From NCBI GenBank assembly GCA_964558645.1, contig CAZLEV010000018.1, forward strand, positions 1 through 57,775: a stretch of 57,775 bases of DNA. Direction: 5' to 3'. Every line of letters starts with the position of its first letter. Position 1 is the stretch's first letter. Below the pieces are notes generated by a model that saw only the letters and a program-made list of their open reading frames with translations, did no database searches and was not told where the DNA came from. The translations under genes were made by a program, and so were the position numbers. This DNA comes from an uncultured archaeon (GTDB lineage Archaea > Asgardarchaeota > Thorarchaeia > Thorarchaeales > Thorarchaeaceae). Shown in pieces: positions 27,150 through 36,169 of this stretch.

Positions 27150-28184
27150 TTAGTCTCCTTCGTCATTGTGGTTTTGCAGTATCGGTTTCAAGATGGATTT
27201 GATGTACTGGATAGATTGGCCTGGTGTAAGCACGTTTGCTTGAGTCTCTCTAAGGACGCGGTAGATTGACGGTTGTATTCCTTTCCACGCCTTTGCGTGA
27301 ACACACCGAAGAAGAGAGCAACCGAATCGTATCGGTCCTGTTTTGAAACCCTTCTTCTTGCATAGCAACCGTGTATTGTACTTCGTTAGAGCAAGTGCTG
27401 CAGGAAGATGTACCAACAACATCTCATCTCTCCAAACAAGGGACTGCCGTCCGGTTGGCAAGAGCTCTCCAGTCACCAATATGTCAAGGTCATGTGTCTC
27501 CGCTTCCTCTAGAGCGTGGCTGATGATTAGGCCATGGCAATCCCCACAAGGATGGATTCTGCCCTCTAGCGTTCGTTCGATTACCTCTCGAAATTCGACT
27601 GAGCCCTTGACCACTATTTGCCTGCAATCAAGTGCTCTGCAAATATCTGATGCGCGACGTTGGGCAAGGTAGTTGTTGTACTCTTCTAACAGCTCAACAG
27701 TGATTCCTACTGGTCTGAGTCCCATCTCTTTAATCAGAATCATAGTTGCACAGCTGTCCACTCCGCCCGATAGAGCAACAGCGGGTGTTGGTTCTCTAAG
27801 TGTGGAGAAACCGTGAACCGGCTGTTTCCTCAGACGTTTCTCAATCGTTTCTTTGAGGCGTTGGACAAAGACTTTCTGATTGGCGTTCAGGTCTTTCCAG
27901 ATCTCCTTGATTCTCACCATGGTGGTGTGCAGTCTGTGTCTATGGATGATTTCATCCTCTATTGCTACGACAGTGATATGTTTCTGTAACTCCTGAGCAA
28001 GTCTTGCAACGATGCTGCCCCCGGGTCCCAAGCACATACTTTTCTCTGCCCTGTCAGGTACAACTATCTCCATGGCATCAGCTTCTCGAGTTCTGATGGC
28101 TGAGATTCTGGGTTGGACTCCTCGATTTAGTCCTTGTTCTTCCCGTATCCTTGCAAGCAATCTCTCTATTGACTCGACATCCAT
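27150..28184 (-). CDS. KH-domain + PP-loop ATPase (COG1365-like)
   Basis: PDRAEKS.CLGPGG (KH GxxG), ALSGGVDS, HPCGDCH, LPAALALTK, FGCSLL. Confidence 0.8.
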   Translation of the reverse strand: MDVESIERLLARIREEQGLNRGVQPRISAIRTREADAMEIVVPDRAEKSMCLGPGGSIVARLAQELQKHITVVAIEDEIIHRHRLHTTMVRIKEIWKDLNANQKVFVQRLKETIEKRLRKQPVHGFSTLREPTPAVALSGGVDSCATMILIKEMGLRPVGITVELLEEYNNYLAQRRASDICRALDCRQIVVKGSVEFREVIERTLEGRIHPCGDCHGLIISHALEEAETHDLDILVTGELLPTGRQSLVWRDEMLLVHLPAALALTKYNTRLLCKKKGFKTGPIRFGCSLLRCVHAKAWKGIQPSIYRVLRETQANVLTPGQSIQYIKSILKPILQNHNDEGD

Positions 28185-28267
28185 ATTCCCGATCTAGGAT
28201 TCCTCTTTCATAAGGCTCACTGATTGCCGATAGCATCATAAGCATTGGCCCATATCTATCGATAGCG

Positions 28268-29215
28268 ATGCATCTGAAGGAGATTATATCCGGTTTCTAT
28301 GAGGTTCCCGGTGCCTTTGTAGATGACTTTGGCTATATCAAGAGCTATCTGGTTGTAGACTCTGACGAAGCTCTTGTGATTGACCCAGGAACTGCAGGAG
28401 ACCCCGGGGAAAAGATTGTCCAGAGCATCGAGTATCTTGGCCTGAAACCGAAGAAGCACGTTGTAGGGGTGCTTTGTACCCACGCTCATCCTGACCATGT
28501 GGGAGGAGCTTGGCATCTCAAACGAAAGATTGACGCTCCCCTGATGCTTCATAGTGGCGATGTGGACCTTCTCGGCGACCCGAGTCAGTTCGTGAACGAT
28601 CGATTGCTGCTTGGGCTATCAGGTCGGTTGGCGATGAAGCTCGAACGCGGGCCCTTGAAGGTGAATTACAAGGGGCTTGAGACCGACCGAGTGTTGAAGA
28701 CAGGTGATCACATTTCGGTAGGCAACCTGAATCTGCGTGTTATTCATACTGGAGGACATTGCGCAGGACACTGTGTCTTCTTTGAAAGAAGGAACAAGGT
28801 TCTTTTTTCTGGTGATGAGGTGAATAACTACGCCAACGATCCTCGGAAGTTCTACGTGGACCTCACTGGCAGCTTCACAGCTAAGACGAAGGCTTTGGAA
28901 ATTCTATCGAAGATTGGTGTGGAGCACCTTTTTTCATCTCACGACATACCGCACATTCTGGGCGATGTTGGGCTTCAGTTTCAAGAGGCCCTGGATAGCG
29001 TTCGTCATTTTCAGGATAGCATCCTATCGCAGATCTGTGCACGAGAGGAGGCTGACATTGACCAGCTTGCTTACGATATGCTTCAGAGTCGAGGTGTTCC
29101 TATCCCGGACACCTTGGACGCCCTTCTTCCAACAACCATCAGAGTGGGGTTACGTAGTCTTGAACAAGCGGGTCTAGTTCTTCGCACAGACGAGAATGTC
29201 TGGCGACTTGCGTGA
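28268..29215 (+). CDS. MBL-fold metallo-hydrolase
   Basis: IDPG, THAHPDHVGG, TGGHCAGH, FSGD, SSH. Confidence 0.9.
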   Translation: MHLKEIISGFYEVPGAFVDDFGYIKSYLVVDSDEALVIDPGTAGDPGEKIVQSIEYLGLKPKKHVVGVLCTHAHPDHVGGAWHLKRKIDAPLMLHSGDVDLLGDPSQFVNDRLLLGLSGRLAMKLERGPLKVNYKGLETDRVLKTGDHISVGNLNLRVIHTGGHCAGHCVFFERRNKVLFSGDEVNNYANDPRKFYVDLTGSFTAKTKALEILSKIGVEHLFSSHDIPHILGDVGLQFQEALDSVRHFQDSILSQICAREEADIDQLAYDMLQSRGVPIPDTLDALLPTTIRVGLRSLEQAGLVLRTDENVWRLA

Positions 29216-29321
29216 ACACAGTTACAACCGAACTAGATTCAAAAGGCAGCTTCGCACCTTCTGATTCTGAGCCTATTAGCAAGCGATGCCGCTTGTGAAG
29301 GGCTGACTTGGAGGTATCTTA

Positions 29322-31916
29322 TTGGAAGACGCGCGTGATATAGATCTCTCAACCCCGAGCACAGCTGAGGCGATAAGCCTTGCATCAGCATCTGTTTTAG
29401 GTTCAACCACCCGACGCGGTCACCCATTGGGGACTGCAGTCGGTTCAGGGTCGATGATGGAATCCAACTCTGAAGAGGTGGCACTCAATGTGATGCCTAT
29501 TGTGTTCTCGGCAAGGGATAGTCTGTTGCAGGCTGAGGATCTTGAGTTGCTTGCTGCTGAGTGGTATCTAGAGGGATCTGCTGGTTCGGAATTGCTTCCT
29601 GAGGAGCTTGTTATCGCTGGCAGCAATTTTGGCGGCATCAGTACTCATGTATGTGTCCTATCTTGGGAGAAAGGAGTTGTTGACCCCTTCAAGATTGACT
29701 CACATATGGCGAATCTCTCGAAGAAAATCGGAGATATTGAACAGGCAATCGAAGCCAATGAACTTGACTATGAGACTGACGGGCTTCTGGTGCTTAGGAG
29801 ATTCTCTGACCGATTCAACAGAGTCCTCTTCGTGGACATGATGGACAGGAGGTTCAAGGGTTCGTGGGATTCGATTCAGATTAAGCACGAAGGGTCTGAA
29901 GCATATTTCCGTGTTCGGTTTAGATTCTCTGAGGACTTCACTTCGATGCCTCCGAGTATACGTGTACTGGAGCGCCAAAACATCGAGTTCTTGGCGTCTG
30001 GCATTCCTTGGAACCGGGACGCCGGTTCTCTTTCTCGTATGATCTCGACTCCTCTGGGCATTGACACAGTCACAAGGCGCTTACCTGAACTAGGTCGTTC
30101 TATTCTCCGAGAGATGAATGCGTATGCTTACAGCACAGAGGAACTGGATATCGCTCGCTCTCTGGTAGATTCTCTCATCATCCGACTGGGCAAGGAGAAG
30201 GTCATGTACTCTGAGTTTGATGACGTCTTGGAAGCTGCTAAGGATATGATAGAAGACACAAGTGTTATCCTCTCTTCAGTCACCAAGTCTCTCGAGGAAC
30301 ACATCAGGTCTGGCAAGACATTGACAGTTCCTCAACACATTGACTCGGTAAGAGAGGCTCTGGATGAGTTGTCAGAGGGTGTTGGAGATGGCGAGGTGAT
30401 TAAGAGCTTGCTTGAGCAGCTCGAAAGATCACTACTCAGAACTTTCCCCAAGGAGAACGAAGTGAGAGCCTGGCAGATGCGGAGTTCCATCAGGTATTTC
30501 CTTACCTATTGTCGGAGAGTCAAGAGCTATTTCATTACGGAGTTGAAACGATACTTGGTTGTAGGGGCGGTGACAGAAGCCTTCATGTCAGCTCTTGAGG
30601 GATTCAGGGATGACTTAGGGGTCGAGGATTATGACAACATAGACTCCCTGCTCTTCACCAAGTTTTTTGTCGAACTGGTTTCGCAGCTCCGGGCAATATT
30701 TGATAGAGAGGCATTCGAATCGGGCAAGACCAGTGAATATTCGGAACTCGCAGAGTTTCTCGGGCACAGGCTTATGGATGCATTCGAGCAGATTGAGATC
30801 TGGAATCTCGTGTCCTTTGGCGACTTGGCTGAGATTGTACGGACACAGATTGTTTCTGAGTACTCAGACTCGGGTTCAGAAGACACACTAAACGATGAGG
30901 GTAAACGACTGATTCAACGTCTGGATGCCCTTGAACTGGTTATCTCTGAAACATTACCTGATTTTGTTGAGCATGTTTCCTCAACTCCATTCATGTCTGA
31001 GTTCTTGATGAGAGGCTTGGACGGCGATAGACTTGGCAAGGATAGGCTGATAGAGATTCTTAGAGGCTCAGAGAGCAAGTCTGATGAATGGATTCAAGAA
31101 TCTGCAGGATGGGTAGATGCGTTCGATCCAGATACTCCATACAGCTCCGCTACCGAGCTACTCGCAGACTTCCTAACCTTTGTGCATGAGAGGTATGGAG
31201 CTGGTATATCCGCCGCCTCCATGGTGGAACGAGTAGCTGCTGAGGAGAAAGCGCTTGAAGAGGACTTCCAAGAACAGCTACAGTTGTGGCAAGATGAATG
31301 CGGCAGGGTCGAAACTGAGAATGCTCCCATTGTCGAGAGGAACAGGAAGAGGCTGGAACTAATTGCTGAAGCTCGGTCCGACTTTGAAAACGAACAGGCC
31401 GAGTACCAAGAGGCACTTGCGGAGTATGAAAAACAAAGAAGATTGGATTCCGATGGTGTGCTTGATAGCCCAAAGCAGCCAGTTGCTCCCGAGCCTCTTG
31501 ATCTCAGAATAGCCAGAATAGAGGGCGAGTATCCCGAAGGAATTCCTAAGCCAATTCCAGAGAAGCCTCTACCATCTGAAACTCTCATCGCCCACAGGCG
31601 GCTCCGTGCGCTGCTTAGTGATAGATTGGAGCGGATGGACGAACGACTCCAGGCTATGAGTACCGTCTTCTCGAAACGGCTAGAGCAGTTGAAATCCGAA
31701 GGAACGCATCGAGTAGAAACCACCAAGCTGAGCATCTCTGATGGATTTCTAGATCATCTTTTGGATTCGATGATTCGTTCTTTGGGAAAACTCATGCCGC
31801 GTATTCAGCGAGTCCTGCTTCGTGACCCCGATACCCCCTCGCGGGTACATGTGGTTTCATACGACTACGTGGACGACGAATTCATCGTCACTGTTGGATA
31901 CAAGGAGGTCGCCTGA
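29322..31916 (+). CDS. Large acidic hypothetical protein (864 aa) with coiled-coil and Pro-rich insert
   Basis: Long ORF with a TTG start after GGAGGT. Its 3' end carries the SD (AAGGAGGT) for the next gene. Confidence 0.8.
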   Translation: MEDARDIDLSTPSTAEAISLASASVLGSTTRRGHPLGTAVGSGSMMESNSEEVALNVMPIVFSARDSLLQAEDLELLAAEWYLEGSAGSELLPEELVIAGSNFGGISTHVCVLSWEKGVVDPFKIDSHMANLSKKIGDIEQAIEANELDYETDGLLVLRRFSDRFNRVLFVDMMDRRFKGSWDSIQIKHEGSEAYFRVRFRFSEDFTSMPPSIRVLERQNIEFLASGIPWNRDAGSLSRMISTPLGIDTVTRRLPELGRSILREMNAYAYSTEELDIARSLVDSLIIRLGKEKVMYSEFDDVLEAAKDMIEDTSVILSSVTKSLEEHIRSGKTLTVPQHIDSVREALDELSEGVGDGEVIKSLLEQLERSLLRTFPKENEVRAWQMRSSIRYFLTYCRRVKSYFITELKRYLVVGAVTEAFMSALEGFRDDLGVEDYDNIDSLLFTKFFVELVSQLRAIFDREAFESGKTSEYSELAEFLGHRLMDAFEQIEIWNLVSFGDLAEIVRTQIVSEYSDSGSEDTLNDEGKRLIQRLDALELVISETLPDFVEHVSSTPFMSEFLMRGLDGDRLGKDRLIEILRGSESKSDEWIQESAGWVDAFDPDTPYSSATELLADFLTFVHERYGAGISAASMVERVAAEEKALEEDFQEQLQLWQDECGRVETENAPIVERNRKRLELIAEARSDFENEQAEYQEALAEYEKQRRLDSDGVLDSPKQPVAPEPLDLRIARIEGEYPEGIPKPIPEKPLPSETLIAHRRLRALLSDRLERMDERLQAMSTVFSKRLEQLKSEGTHRVETTKLSISDGFLDHLLDSMIRSLGKLMPRIQRVLLRDPDTPSRVHVVSYDYVDDEFIVTVGYKEVA

Positions 31917-31919
31917 TAC

Positions 31920-34361
31920 ATGTCTAGCACTTGGATATTGAAGACTAAGCAGATGAGCGAGGCGGGTAAGGAGATTATTCTCACTGAGGCTCTAGCAACT
32001 CACATGCGTAGTAACAGGGACAGAGAGCTTCTTTCCAGCATACTCAAGGAGAACAGACCCTTGGAGGACATAATGTCGTTTTTCGCAGCCTTCTATCTCT
32101 ACAACTATCAGGGTCTTCGACTACTCAGCATGAGTGATGACGAACAACTGACTATTGAGAAGAAGAATGAACTCTCACACGATGAGCGTCGCTATCTTGA
32201 GATGGAGATTCGTGAGATACTGGAGAATAGGCTGAGAGAAGAGATTGACATCGAGCGACTGATTTCGGAGTTTGTGTTGGAGCTCGTTGATATACCGGGA
32301 GTGCAGGCACAAAATGACGAAACAGCTTCTAAGGTGATCGGTCTCGTTGAAGGCTATCTTGAGAAGATTCCACGCGACTATTCCCCCAATAGCGCCCTTG
32401 ATTTCATCCTTGGCATCACCGGTTGGCGAAAGCGGTGGCTGGATGAGCTTTATGCAAAGGCCTCGGGACTGCAGGAATCCTCGCTCTCTCTCAGGGATGA
32501 GTTGCTCAGAGAACATGAGGCTGAAGTCGTAGAAACCTCTGTTGTTAGGAGACTGCTATCACTCATTTCCGGGAAAGAATCTTATTTGTGCAGCCCTCTG
32601 ACTGCGGCTAACATTCCTCATGACACACTTGTCGAGATTGCTCAGGCGTCAGTTGACTTTATAGTTCCTCGGTCCAGTTTTCTTGATCCTGTCCGCTTGG
32701 CTCATGGCTCGCGGATTGAGGTACTTGACTGGCTTGTTGAGGAAGTCGATTCTCTTACTAACCTCAGTGAACTTGAAGGGGGGATGGCTGACAGAATAAC
32801 TGATGAGATTACTGCCAGTCTTCCAGATAATCCGCAGTATGCCTTTCCCTTTATCAGTCACCTCGTGTCTGTAGACGAAGAGACGGTACGAAGCGGACTG
32901 GCCTCTAAGCGCTTGATGGATCCTAGCACCCTGCTTGAAGGCCTCAGCTCATTTTCAAGTGATTCTGCTGTAGAAGAAGCATCAAGTCAGTACAGCCCGC
33001 AGGAGCTCGAGGACATAGAGCGTTCGCTAAGAACTCTAGAGAAGCTGGAACACACACTGGAAAAACCTGTCAAAGGAATGCTTAGAGCACGAGGCCTCAG
33101 AGCGGACGAGCTTGACAAAGTTGGTATCGCTGTCTTGGGAAAGAATCCATCAGAACTTATCGCCATCGAGTCACAAGTATTGGATGAACTAAGAAAGAAG
33201 ATGAGGGTGCCCTCTCGTGAAGACTTCCTCGAGATGCTGAAGGCCCGAGAACTCGTTGAGCGTGGTGACCTAAAACAGATGGGCATCTCTTCCTCCACCG
33301 ACATGACAATACAGAGACAACATGAGGAAGCGATAGCAGCTCTACGGATGGACCTAGTCTGGCATTTCATGATAGGGGTTCTGAAGAACCTCGCAAGGGT
33401 CGTCGAGACCTATCTGCGGTCGAAGCAAGATCTATTGCGGAGCAAGGCGCTACTCCTGAGCATTTATCAGGATGCCGCCACAGAACTCCAATTCCTGCGG
33501 GAGGAGATTCTCATTGACTTATTGTCGGAACGCATTCTCGAAATGAAACAGGTTCATCCACATCTTGATGGGATGATGATACGTTCTTGGATGCATGCCC
33601 GGTTATCAAATCAGTACATGTCGGCTGCTAGAGAGGAGCTGGAGAAGACGCCGAGCCCGGTCTTTGAGGGAGTGACAGACGAACCTCTGCAGGCTAGTAC
33701 ATTATTGTTCGACAATTATGCCATATCGTTTGACTTGATGCAACGATTCCTAAGACGCGAGCGCAGGAAGAAACTCGCCAAGGAACAGCTTGCACTTGAG
33801 GCAAAACGAGAGGAGAAGCGCCTTCTTGAGAAGAAGAAGAGAGAGATTGATGTTCTCTCGTTCATCTATACCAAGGCACACACAGTATTCAGAGCAACCG
33901 GCAGAGTTGGCACCGCAGGTCTGGAGTGGGATGAGAACGATTCAGCAAAATGCTCGAATATGCTCTCTTTCTTCGTACGGACAAACAGAGGCCGCCCAGT
34001 ATGCCAAGTCTGTGGAAGTACGCCTAAGAATGGGAAGTGTGAAACACACGGCAAAGGGCAGATGAAGGCCAGCGATGACATCGACAATCTGTCGGTCTTT
34101 GTGATGAGGGCTCTCTCAGATATAAAGTCCGGGCTGATTGGGCCTACCGCCGAACCAGTATCATGGAGCGAAGCAAGGTCAATCGTTCAGAGACAGATAG
34201 GCCGTCTGAAGCGGAAGGGTAAGATCACCTCAAAGATGGATCTCAAACAGCTAATGCCTGGAGAGATAAACCAGATCATTGGTCCTGCGATAACTGGCGT
34301 CATTGCGGATTACTTCAATGACTCATTGGGGTATGCCGCCCGGAGCGCTGGAATAGCTTGA
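31920..34361 (+). CDS. Large helical hypothetical protein (813 aa) with C-terminal CxxC-x8-CxxH Zn finger
   Basis: Long ORF starting 3 nt after the previous stop; CQVCGSTPKNGKCETH. Confidence 0.8.
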   Translation: MSSTWILKTKQMSEAGKEIILTEALATHMRSNRDRELLSSILKENRPLEDIMSFFAAFYLYNYQGLRLLSMSDDEQLTIEKKNELSHDERRYLEMEIREILENRLREEIDIERLISEFVLELVDIPGVQAQNDETASKVIGLVEGYLEKIPRDYSPNSALDFILGITGWRKRWLDELYAKASGLQESSLSLRDELLREHEAEVVETSVVRRLLSLISGKESYLCSPLTAANIPHDTLVEIAQASVDFIVPRSSFLDPVRLAHGSRIEVLDWLVEEVDSLTNLSELEGGMADRITDEITASLPDNPQYAFPFISHLVSVDEETVRSGLASKRLMDPSTLLEGLSSFSSDSAVEEASSQYSPQELEDIERSLRTLEKLEHTLEKPVKGMLRARGLRADELDKVGIAVLGKNPSELIAIESQVLDELRKKMRVPSREDFLEMLKARELVERGDLKQMGISSSTDMTIQRQHEEAIAALRMDLVWHFMIGVLKNLARVVETYLRSKQDLLRSKALLLSIYQDAATELQFLREEILIDLLSERILEMKQVHPHLDGMMIRSWMHARLSNQYMSAAREELEKTPSPVFEGVTDEPLQASTLLFDNYAISFDLMQRFLRRERRKKLAKEQLALEAKREEKRLLEKKKREIDVLSFIYTKAHTVFRATGRVGTAGLEWDENDSAKCSNMLSFFVRTNRGRPVCQVCGSTPKNGKCETHGKGQMKASDDIDNLSVFVMRALSDIKSGLIGPTAEPVSWSEARSIVQRQIGRLKRKGKITSKMDLKQLMPGEINQIIGPAITGVIADYFNDSLGYAARSAGIA

Positions 34362-34694
34362 TTACTCCTTAGAAGACTCTGGGCTGACACTCCGTGCTAT
34401 CCAGTCTAGATAGGCATCATGCCCTTCAATAATGGGGAGAACAATGAACTCTGGGACGTCGTAGGGATGAGATGCCAAGAGCACCTGCTCCAGAGACGCG
34501 ATTTTCCCAGCTGTGGTTTTGATGATGAGGAGGTCTTCTGGTTCCTTCTCGATTTCACCCTTCCATCGGTAGACGCTTGATAGGCCTCTGACTATGCTCA
34601 CACATGCACAGAGCTGCTTTTCAACGAACTCTTCTGCGATGCGATCGGAAGAATCGCGACGGCAAGTAGTTAATGCAACACGGAATTCAGTCAT
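34362..34694 (-). CDS. cutA: Divalent-cation tolerance protein CutA
   Basis: LCACV, SVYRWKGEIE..E, IKTT, HPYDVPE, YLDWI. Confidence 0.95.
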   Translation of the reverse strand: MTEFRVALTTCRRDSSDRIAEEFVEKQLCACVSIVRGLSSVYRWKGEIEKEPEDLLIIKTTAGKIASLEQVLLASHPYDVPEFIVLPIIEGHDAYLDWIARSVSPESSKE

Positions 34695-34763
34695 GGCATC
34701 ATATCGGGAGTGGAAACTTATATACGCCCTCTATCTCCGGAGTGAGTGTTGAGGGAACCCTGA

Positions 34764-36164
34764 ATGGTTTCAAAGTTCGAGCCCAAAGGAGTCATGCCTG
34801 CTCTGGTTACGCCCTTCACAAGAGATGGAGACATCTTGGAAGACGGGTTCAGAGAGGTAATCGACTACACAATTGAGAAAGGTGCCACCGGGGTTGTCCC
34901 GGCTGGAACCACCGGTGAGTTCGTATACATGCGGACAGAGGAGCGTAAGAAGCTTCTGAGGCTCGCTGTAGAGTATGTAGATGGTCGAGTTCCAGTCATT
35001 GCTGGCACTGGGCAGAACAGCACGAGGGCAACAATAGCGCTCACTCAATATGCCGCCGATGTTGGCTGTGATGCTGCTCTTGTTGTATCTCCGTTCTATC
35101 TCAGGCCTTCTGACAAGGGCTACTATGAACACTACTCCAACCTTGCCCGGAAGGGGAATCTACCCCTGATTCTCTACAACATTCCTCAATGTACTCTGGG
35201 GGAACTCAGCTCAGATCTAGTGTACGATCTGGCTGCTCTAGATAGCATTGCGGGGATCAAAGATAGCAGCGGCAATATTGGTAAGACGGTCGAACTCATC
35301 CAGAAGCTCGAGGGGAAAATTCCCGTATTGATTGGCCACGATGAATGTTTTCTGTCTGCAGTGGCTGCAGGTGCCAGCGCAGCAATACTGGCATCTGCCA
35401 ATGTCATTCCTCATATCTGGCTGGATATCATGAAGAAGGTCAATGATGGTAAGATGAAAGAGGCAATGAAGCTTCAGCATTCTGTTCAGACATTTGCCCG
35501 ACTGGTTACCAGAAATGGCGGTGCCCCTCCAGCAAAGGCCGCACTGAAGATGATGGGGATAAACGCCGGCAAGTCGCGATTACCTCTTAATACCGGTGGA
35601 ACGCTCACAGTTGAGTTGAAGGACGAGATTCGCATGGAGCTTGAGAAGTTGGGGCTCATCTCTTCACACGGCCAACAACCCCTGACTGATAATTTAGACG
35701 TGGTTTCGCTCTTCAGTGAGTTCAACATTTCCCCGGATCTTCTCGACGGTGCAAGATTCGGACAGGCCTCGAATGAGCAGGTCAGTGTATCTATCGCCGC
35801 GGGGCCAAAGAGAGGTGGCCTGGGTCGCATCTTTGTGAAACTGCTTACTCAGGCAAAGATTGGACATGAAGCGCTCTCGGTTATTCTTGAACCAAATCTC
35901 TTTGTCAAGCCGAGTAGCATCATGGTTCCGACCCGTACCATAAGGTCGATGCGCCAGGCTTCTCTTTTCTATGGTCCCGTTCAGTCCGGTGCAGCCAAAG
36001 CAGTATCGGCATACCTCGATGCGGCGAAGATACCAGCTGAAGCATTGGACGGCAGTGTGATGATAATGGCAATGGATGTTGACTTGAACAGCAGAGATCG
36101 AAGAGCTGTGACAGATGCTGCAGAAGATGCGGTTGGAAGAGCATTGGCTGAGGTGTGGAGGTGA
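34764..36164 (+). CDS. DapA/NAL-family class I aldolase fused to a degenerate formaldehyde-activating enzyme (Fae) domain, copy 1
   Basis: PALVTPF, GTTGE, LYNIPQ, GIKDSS. The C-terminal GHEALSVILEPNLFVKPSSIMVP...FYGPVQSGAAKAV is the Fae core. Confidence 0.85.
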   Translation: MVSKFEPKGVMPALVTPFTRDGDILEDGFREVIDYTIEKGATGVVPAGTTGEFVYMRTEERKKLLRLAVEYVDGRVPVIAGTGQNSTRATIALTQYAADVGCDAALVVSPFYLRPSDKGYYEHYSNLARKGNLPLILYNIPQCTLGELSSDLVYDLAALDSIAGIKDSSGNIGKTVELIQKLEGKIPVLIGHDECFLSAVAAGASAAILASANVIPHIWLDIMKKVNDGKMKEAMKLQHSVQTFARLVTRNGGAPPAKAALKMMGINAGKSRLPLNTGGTLTVELKDEIRMELEKLGLISSHGQQPLTDNLDVVSLFSEFNISPDLLDGARFGQASNEQVSVSIAAGPKRGGLGRIFVKLLTQAKIGHEALSVILEPNLFVKPSSIMVPTRTIRSMRQASLFYGPVQSGAAKAVSAYLDAAKIPAEALDGSVMIMAMDVDLNSRDRRAVTDAAEDAVGRALAEVWR

Positions 36165-36169
36165 CCAAG

